Shown piece after piece: positions 57,818-64,000 of a DNA stretch of 64,000 nucleotides. The DNA is taken from IMG/VR virus record IMGVR_UViG_3300007177_000160, positions 32,001 to 96,000 of that record, one strand, 5' to 3'. The position numbers and the translations under genes were made by a program. The DNA comes from a virus. The notes beneath the pieces are model-generated. The model made no database searches and was not told the origin of the DNA. It saw only the letters and a list, made by a program, of their open reading frames with translations. The stretch's first letter is position 1, and every line of letters starts with the position of its first letter.

Positions 57818-58392
57818 TTAATTTTGTTGGCCCAGTACGCTGCAGAAGATTTTCCTTTTGCAATATTCTTTGCGTGACGTGCCTTAAATGCCTTGTTACG
57901 TGCAGATCCATCAGGAGATCCTGACACACCTTTCTGACCAAAACGAATTAATTTATAGTTACCATTAACTTTTGTTACAACTGCGTGACTCTTGTTACCA
58001 CTAGTAGTTCTCTTTGGTTTATCTACTCCAGAAAATCCCATCTTCTTATATCTATCGGGGAAGCCTCCGACTTTACCACCACTAGCCATATAACTTTGAT
58101 ATAAGCTGCCTCCCTTTTTGAATTTATATCCGTACTTAGAAGCATCTTGTCTGGCCTCTTGTATGTTGCCATTATTAGCTGCAACAAATCTAGCCTTAGC
58201 CACAGGAGTAGGCATCTTACCTCCGCTCTCCATCTGCATACCATACTTAGCTTTTCTCCAAGTACCGCCTTTAGACTTATAATATTTAGCAGCCCAGCCA
58301 TTAGCATAAGCTGAAGGATACACATCAAACTTTTGTCTAGCAAGAGATTTTGCTCTAGACCACAAACTAGGATTATTAGGTTTATTTGCCAT
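57775..58392 (-). CDS. basic modular virion protein
   Basis: YPSAYANGW..K.YK..GG.W module and IRFGQKG..F.ARH..AAYWA module joined by MESGG/FKKGG/MASGG. Confidence 0.8.
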   Translation of the reverse strand: MANKPNNPSLWSRAKSLARQKFDVYPSAYANGWAAKYYKSKGGTWRKAKYGMQMESGGKMPTPVAKARFVAANNGNIQEARQDASKYGYKFKKGGSLYQSYMASGGKVGGFPDRYKKMGFSGVDKPKRTTSGNKSHAVVTKVNGNYKLIRFGQKGVSGSPDGSARNKAFKARHAKNIAKGKSSAAYWANKIKWILFIPLMLCQTL

Positions 58393-58394
58393 TG

Positions 58395-59918
58395 TTATTT
58401 TCTTTTATGATTGTAAGGTATTCTTTGTGAAGATGTTTTAGTTGCTTTAAATCTTGCTTTTTCTTGACTAGACATCTCAGAACTAGTCTTAGGGGTTTTA
58501 CTGCTTATTCTGCGAGAAGGACGACAAGCAGGATACGCTCTATTTTCACCCTCTTGACGACCACATGGTTTACCTGATTTTACGTCTACCCACTTTTCAG
58601 CAAACCATCTATCAAGTCCTCCATGATTTCCGCCTGATTTATATTTTTTATAAAGCGACGGAGTAGATGCTATTACAGTACCATTAACTCCTGGAATAGA
58701 CATGCCTCCCATTTGCATTACTCGGGAAGCTTCTAAAAAATTATCGAGATTGTAGTCTACATCTTCTTCTTCAAAGTCTTCAACCATCTTTTTTGCAATC
58801 TGCTTTCTATTATCCTTATCCTTAACTTGTCTTAAAATACCAGCAATACCTTCTACCATTTCTCTATCGTCATCGTCTTCTTCCTCTTCCTCTATTTTGC
58901 CTCCTACTTTCATATTAGGAACATAATCAGACATCTTAAATCTGATTGGGTCTGCTAACATGTTGTACTTAGCAGTACGTAAAGCAGAAGCATTTTCTGC
59001 ATCTTGGACTGTATTGTACTTACCCATGTGCAGTCCAGTCTTATAGTAGTTAGCAACAGCTTCGTCTTCTGTAAGCTGTCTGCCTTGTACTACTGTAGGA
59101 ATAAGAACTTCTTTACTATTATCGTTAATTCCGATTTTATACTCAGAACGCATACCACCAAACTCATCTTTATATGATGGTCTATTTATATCTGGTAAAA
59201 GATAGTTACCTTCTTTAGGAGCCTTCATTTGGTCGTAGGGACCTACAGCAAACTTGCCGCCACCTTGCATAATTGGTCTAGGTCTAGGTGCAACATAAGT
59301 AGACTCACGTTGCGGAGTTCTTTGAGTGTTTAAATAAGTACTAGTGTTATAAATTGTTCTTGTTTTGTCGACAGGTTTTGTAAAACTATTTATTACATTA
59401 GACCCTCGATTTAAACTTCGCGAAGTAGCTGCTAGTCCTCTAGCAGTATTTCGTGCGCCTGCATTTGCTGCATATCTAGCTAAAGACATTGCTCCCTTAG
59501 CGGCTCCGCCTGTTAAAATATTTGCGGTATTTAATCCTACTCCCCACAAATCTCCTTGAACTGCGTCATTTACTAATCCTACTCCAGAAGCGTATATACC
59601 AGTAGGACCTGGAATATAAGATGCAAGATCTAATAACATTTCCCCACCACTCTGCATGCGTTTTTCAAACACCTGCTTATCATTTGGAAAATGGTATTCT
59701 TTACCTGGCTGCATTACTTTAACTTCACCAGACTGCACTCCTTGTCCTATAATCGGTTCTTTAAAATAATCTTCAGAACCATCAGGACCTTTCATAGTAA
59801 TGCGATTTGATGGAACAATTACGTCTTTATCTTGAAACCACATCCCTGTTTGACTGACAGGGACGGGCTTCAAGTTTTGCTTTAGTTGTAGTAAGTAAGA
59901 AGCTAAGCGTTTAGACAT
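58395..59918 (-). CDS. modular polyprotein-like virion protein
   Basis: Six unrelated segments separated by MQSGG, MQGGG, MKVGG, MQMGG and YKSGG. Confidence 0.8.
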   Translation of the reverse strand: MSKRLASYLLQLKQNLKPVPVSQTGMWFQDKDVIVPSNRITMKGPDGSEDYFKEPIIGQGVQSGEVKVMQPGKEYHFPNDKQVFEKRMQSGGEMLLDLASYIPGPTGIYASGVGLVNDAVQGDLWGVGLNTANILTGGAAKGAMSLARYAANAGARNTARGLAATSRSLNRGSNVINSFTKPVDKTRTIYNTSTYLNTQRTPQRESTYVAPRPRPIMQGGGKFAVGPYDQMKAPKEGNYLLPDINRPSYKDEFGGMRSEYKIGINDNSKEVLIPTVVQGRQLTEDEAVANYYKTGLHMGKYNTVQDAENASALRTAKYNMLADPIRFKMSDYVPNMKVGGKIEEEEEDDDDREMVEGIAGILRQVKDKDNRKQIAKKMVEDFEEEDVDYNLDNFLEASRVMQMGGMSIPGVNGTVIASTPSLYKKYKSGGNHGGLDRWFAEKWVDVKSGKPCGRQEGENRAYPACRPSRRISSKTPKTSSEMSSQEKARFKATKTSSQRIPYNHKRK

Positions 59919-59923
59919 GCGGA

Positions 59924-60796
59924 TTATCTAATTTTGATTGGAGAAATAGGTTTACTGCTATTTCTAATATAGGAAGATAAAGTGGCTTTCTTTACAGGAG
60001 TAGTTTTTTTCGCAGAAGTTGTGGGAGCCGCAGGTTGATTTCCTGACACAGGCATACGACGAAGATCTCCTACTGCTTTATCAAAACCTTTATTGTTTTG
60101 AGGTACTGCATTTAAATAAGTAGAAAGAGAAGGACGACTAGTAGTGGGCATCATATTTATGGGAACACTAAACTTAGGCTCAGGAGTTTTCATCCAAGAA
60201 GCAGTGTTTGCTTTTGAAGGGGCTGTAGAACTTGTTTTAGCGTTCTTGACATACATCTCGTAGGCCTTTTGTGTTTTAGGGCCCCAAGATCCATCTTCCG
60301 CTAAACCAGCTCCATACTTTTCGTTAAGCATCTTTTGATATGCTTTTACTCTTTCTTTTTCTTGTTGTTTGCCTAGTTCTTTTTCAGCAGAAGCAAGCAC
60401 TTGACGAGCTTGAGTCATATTAGGATCTAATAGTTCTACAGCATTGTCTAATGGACTAATGTCCATCATAGCAGAACTCTGCACCATTTCATCAGGCTCA
60501 CTCATCATGCGATCTGGTCCCATTGGGTCTTTAAACTCCATACCACCTTGGCCCTTACGCATACGAGAAAGTGTCTTAGCTAAGTTAGCCCTCTTAACAG
60601 TAGTAGAAGAATAGTCTTCTTTATTAGCAAGTACTTTGTCTCTAAATGCAGGAACAGACATTCCAGCAGATTGTGCTTGTTTTGTAAATGAACCTGGATT
60701 TTTAATAGCAGACTGTATCCATTTACCGCCAGACTTCATTTTCATTTTACCTCCACATTCCATGCAGGTAGAATAAGATTTTTGTAAGCGTCCCAT
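59924..60796 (-). CDS. modular protein with peptidoglycan-binding-like domain
   Basis: VKAYQKMLN..G.GLAEDGSWGPKT; MECGG and MKSGG linkers. Confidence 0.75.
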   Translation of the reverse strand: MGRLQKSYSTCMECGGKMKMKSGGKWIQSAIKNPGSFTKQAQSAGMSVPAFRDKVLANKEDYSSTTVKRANLAKTLSRMRKGQGGMEFKDPMGPDRMMSEPDEMVQSSAMMDISPLDNAVELLDPNMTQARQVLASAEKELGKQQEKERVKAYQKMLNEKYGAGLAEDGSWGPKTQKAYEMYVKNAKTSSTAPSKANTASWMKTPEPKFSVPINMMPTTSRPSLSTYLNAVPQNNKGFDKAVGDLRRMPVSGNQPAAPTTSAKKTTPVKKATLSSYIRNSSKPISPIKIR

Positions 60797-61177
60797 TTAT
60801 GTTAAGGTTAAAAGGTAATTTGTCTTTGCAATTAAAGCTAAAATCTCGTCTACAATATTTTGCAGATGAGTATTTTCTGAACCAAATACACTACGATGCT
60901 TTTTAATGTATTCCATTAATTGCGGCAAGTGTTGAGTTGGGTTCATGTACTCAGACGCAGGAATCTTAAAGTTAAGTCTTTTGCCTACAGTGCCAAAGTA
61001 AGCTTCTAAAAGACTATCTGTTAAATCCAAGATGCCGTCATAGTACTCATTTAAAGCTTTATGTTCAGCGTAGTTTAAAGTCTGGAGATGTGCAATGTGC
61101 ATCATGTCTCTAGATTGAAACAACTGTCCGATAACTAGTTCAGGTTTAACAGTTGTAAAAATTTCTTTTTCTTTCAT
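60797..61177 (-). CDS. ferritin/Dps-like protein (DUF5856-like)
   Basis: HIAHLQT..YAEHKAL.EYY...D...E...G and NIVDEI...Y.LTL motifs. Confidence 0.8.
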   Translation of the reverse strand: MKEKEIFTTVKPELVIGQLFQSRDMMHIAHLQTLNYAEHKALNEYYDGILDLTDSLLEAYFGTVGKRLNFKIPASEYMNPTQHLPQLMEYIKKHRSVFGSENTHLQNIVDEILALIAKTNYLLTLT

Positions 61178-61184
61178 GGTATGG

Positions 61185-63995
61185 TTATAAAGAGGTAGTG
61201 TTTAATTGGTTAATCTGCAAGTTGTTTACAAACTTATAGCGATTATACTTATCCTGTATTAATCTAACTTTTGTAAAGTCTGCTTTGATTTTGTTTTTCT
61301 GGAAAGCTACTCCTACGTTACGCACCGCTTTAACGTTAGGCATCTTATCAATAAAATAATCTGCTTGTAAATCTTCCCACTTAGTAGTCCACAAAGGCTG
61401 ACCATTCGCTTGTGCGGCTAAGTTCCAAAAACCATTAAAGGTATATTTATTCTCTCTGCGAGAGATAATAGTATCTATTCCTTGTGGTGTAACTTTTGGA
61501 TACATTAGTTTTTGTCTTGTGTTACCAAAGATTTCAGGAATCAAATTAATAATTCCAGAAGACTGTTCACGGTTATAAACAATTGCTTTGGTAAAGTTAG
61601 CTACATTTTTATTATTTGTAGTTCCTAGCGAATAATATTCGTATTTAGAATAGTACTCCTGAATGTCTTGAACTAAGCTAACTGAGTTTAAAATAGAGTT
61701 AGCAGGGAGACTATTCACTAAGTACTCAATAATGTAAGGATATAATTTACCGTAATAGGTTTGATAAATATATGGACTTAAATTATGATTCCATAAAGAC
61801 GATCCTAGTGGTGTAGTTATGATAGTCTGGAAATGCCCTAACTGAGGAATAAAGAAATTAGGTAAGAAAGAATAGAAAGAAATAAAGTTTTTCAACTTAG
61901 GACTATATGCTACAGTCCATGACTTGTTCTCAAAGTATTCTTTCTGACTAAAGTCAATACGTGTGCGTACTCCATTGGTATTAAGAACGTAGTAGCGATA
62001 GTCAGGGTCTAGTCTATCGGTTATGTATTCTACTTTAGTCGTGCCTGTTCTATATTGAAGTCTTACTCTGTAGTCTAACTTAGTTATAAAGATACGCTCA
62101 AAACGTTCGTCCCAACCCATAACAATTCCAATACCTAATGAAGGAACATCTACGTCTGCTTCAGGGAAATCTTTTAGGATTTGGAATGGTAGGTTTTCTT
62201 TAAACCAGTTATAGTTTAACTCGGACTTAATCTCGTTAAATCCTTGACCAGTGATTTGATAAATATGACCACGCTTAGCATCTACCCAGAATGTGCCATA
62301 TTCAGTTCTTACATAAGCTTTGTGCTGAGATCCGATATATCCTAAATCAGTAGTAGAAAGATCCACAGGCTTCTGCTTGAACATATCTGCGTTGCCTATC
62401 TCTAACTGATAAGGAGAAGTAGAGCTTAATACAATACGTGCATTATATACTTTTGTGGTGTTTTCAAATCGAGCATATACTCTTTCGCTTTCTCCCGCAT
62501 TTAAGTCGATTAAGCGACCACCTTGTTTAGGGAAGTCATAGAAGTTTCCTGGGCGGAAAGACAACCACTTATCTGAGGTAAGATTAGAGTCACTAGCCTG
62601 ATCTGAATAGATTACTCTGTTCTGGTGATTAATAATACACTCTAAGTTAGGATACTTTAATCGGTAAGGCTGGTTAGGCGACATATTCTGTATAGAGTAA
62701 GTCGCATTGTAGTGATAGTAGTTATCAAACTTAATTGGCACAGTAGCTTCTTGTAACCACTCATCAGGTACTCCTCCCCCTACGTTAGGATAGAAGTTCT
62801 CTTTATCTAAATCACGTCCGTGGCGGAAGTGTAGGTTTACATCAGACTCTACAAAGAAAATTGGAATACCATAAGACGCTGTATAGAAAATACCATCCTT
62901 ATGGTATCTAGTGTTTTCTGCTTTGTCTAAAGATGTTTTCTTAACAAATTTGCTCCAAATAGCATTAACTCCTAAAGTAATAAAAGGAGCTGCACCATTC
63001 ATAAAAACGTAGTTAGTAACAATTTGACTTACATAATTCCAAACTCCTGTTAAACCTCCTGAAGAATTAATTGCATAAGTAGCTGCTACAGCAGCAGCAA
63101 TGCCAGTAATAAACGCAGCAATATCTCCAGAATTTAAGCTGTCCATGTTTGAGCTGGTCCCAATAAAGAACTTTGGATATCCCAAGTTAGGAAATAACCA
63201 GTAGTCAAATGGCATTTCATCGGCTTTGGCTGGAAGATTAACTAAGTTTCTTGTAAAGAAAGAATGCTTACGCTTAATAGCAAAAGGTGTAATATAAGTA
63301 TCTCCTCCAAAAGCAGGATAATACTTATAAGATAAACTTACAGAACCTCCACTATGTCTTATAAGATCTTGACGATAACCTGTACTTACATAACGTAAAT
63401 TCTCAAGCGGACCATACTGATTAGGGAATTGACGTTTTACTGATGAGTAATAAGCTCTAGTCAATCTATCTTCAGTTAAATCTTGCGGATTACTAGAAGC
63501 ATGATTTGAAGCTAGGTAACGACTATTGTCTATAATCTGAGTAGAATGTAAGGGAAGGTAGTCTCTTAGTTTAAGATAAACTGAGGTTTCTCTAAGTCTG
63601 TTGTGCAAAGGAGCGTCGTCAAATACTTGTACAATTCTGTCGTTTGCGTAGTAACCTAAGTCAATAAATCTACGTGACTTTCCTCTATGTATAGAAGGAA
63701 GATTAAGCGGGTCTATTGCAACGTACTGGTTATAAGTAGCAATTGAGTTATACTGATAAGCAAAGTTTACAAATGGAATAAGTTTCTCAGCTATATCTAA
63801 GAACAATTGTTCATTCGTAAACAGTTTATCTATTCTAGCAGTAAATGCACTTCGGTTTCTACCTCCTACGGTAACAGAAATGTCGGCTTCAGTCTCTGAC
63901 TTTTGTTCAAAAGAAATAAGAGAAGCTAAAGTACCTGCGTCGATAAATGCTTGTTTCTTCAAGAATCTGTAACGAGGATGCTCAGCCACTGGCAT
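61185..63995 (-). CDS. tail muzzle/stabilization protein, C-terminal part (frame open to window edge)
   Basis: FGGDTYI, RVIYS, G.FWVD..RG and SWT..YS......SF.S..P motifs; upstream of the cargo genes. Confidence 0.7.
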   Translation of the reverse strand: MPVAEHPRYRFLKKQAFIDAGTLASLISFEQKSETEADISVTVGGRNRSAFTARIDKLFTNEQLFLDIAEKLIPFVNFAYQYNSIATYNQYVAIDPLNLPSIHRGKSRRFIDLGYYANDRIVQVFDDAPLHNRLRETSVYLKLRDYLPLHSTQIIDNSRYLASNHASSNPQDLTEDRLTRAYYSSVKRQFPNQYGPLENLRYVSTGYRQDLIRHSGGSVSLSYKYYPAFGGDTYITPFAIKRKHSFFTRNLVNLPAKADEMPFDYWLFPNLGYPKFFIGTSSNMDSLNSGDIAAFITGIAAAVAATYAINSSGGLTGVWNYVSQIVTNYVFMNGAAPFITLGVNAIWSKFVKKTSLDKAENTRYHKDGIFYTASYGIPIFFVESDVNLHFRHGRDLDKENFYPNVGGGVPDEWLQEATVPIKFDNYYHYNATYSIQNMSPNQPYRLKYPNLECIINHQNRVIYSDQASDSNLTSDKWLSFRPGNFYDFPKQGGRLIDLNAGESERVYARFENTTKVYNARIVLSSTSPYQLEIGNADMFKQKPVDLSTTDLGYIGSQHKAYVRTEYGTFWVDAKRGHIYQITGQGFNEIKSELNYNWFKENLPFQILKDFPEADVDVPSLGIGIVMGWDERFERIFITKLDYRVRLQYRTGTTKVEYITDRLDPDYRYYVLNTNGVRTRIDFSQKEYFENKSWTVAYSPKLKNFISFYSFLPNFFIPQLGHFQTIITTPLGSSLWNHNLSPYIYQTYYGKLYPYIIEYLVNSLPANSILNSVSLVQDIQEYYSKYEYYSLGTTNNKNVANFTKAIVYNREQSSGIINLIPEIFGNTRQKLMYPKVTPQGIDTIISRRENKYTFNGFWNLAAQANGQPLWTTKWEDLQADYFIDKMPNVKAVRNVGVAFQKNKIKADFTKVRLIQDKYNRYKFVNNLQINQLNTTSL

Positions 63996-64000
63996 AAAGT

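Noticed and set aside
251-59559. Short antisense or nested ORFs in the track (for example 251..460, 3866..4234, 17805..18113, 41333..41602, 57179..57403, 58023..58343)
   Set aside because: They are shadows of well-supported genes and show no motifs or expression signals
1-64000. Stop-codon reassignment (TAG or TGA), known in some crAss-like phages
   Set aside because: Very long ORFs are intact in code 11, and both TAG and TGA end genes at sensible boundaries (for example polA TAG and many ATGA overlaps)

Overview
This is a 64 kb fragment of an AT-rich crAss-like (Crassvirales-type) phage genome, probably infecting Bacteroidota, read in the standard genetic code. The + strand (1-27.4 kb) carries a cassette-like array of small early genes and a replication and nucleotide-metabolism module: acyl-CoA thioesterase, ThyX, DnaB, AAA ATPase, SSB, primase, a DnaA C-terminal-domain protein, UDG, DUF932, NinG, PolA, a PD-(D/E)XK nuclease, dCMP deaminase and GroES. 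The - strand (27.5-64 kb) carries late genes: a muzzle/tail protein, a ferritin-like protein, small modular virion proteins, four large cargo proteins including a 4798-aa virion RNA polymerase (DFDID motif), tail and lysis genes, a metallophosphoesterase and a tmRNA. The two halves converge on a bidirectional terminator. Main observations: (1) four neighbouring late proteins are built from unrelated modules joined by a recurring hydrophobic-x-x-Gly-Gly linker, suggesting protease-processed polyproteins; (2) the virion RNAP is fused to zincin, AlkB-like and macro-like domains; (3) an NUMOD4-HNH endonuclease sits in-frame inside dCMP deaminase with no intron or intein; (4) an ORF-less group I intron splits the UDG catalytic motif; (5) two free-standing homing endonucleases appear to have rebuilt the termini of their target genes; (6) the phage tmRNA has a long tag and a U discriminator; (7) the early genes share conserved junction sequences. 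All family assignments come from motif recognition by eye, not from database searches.
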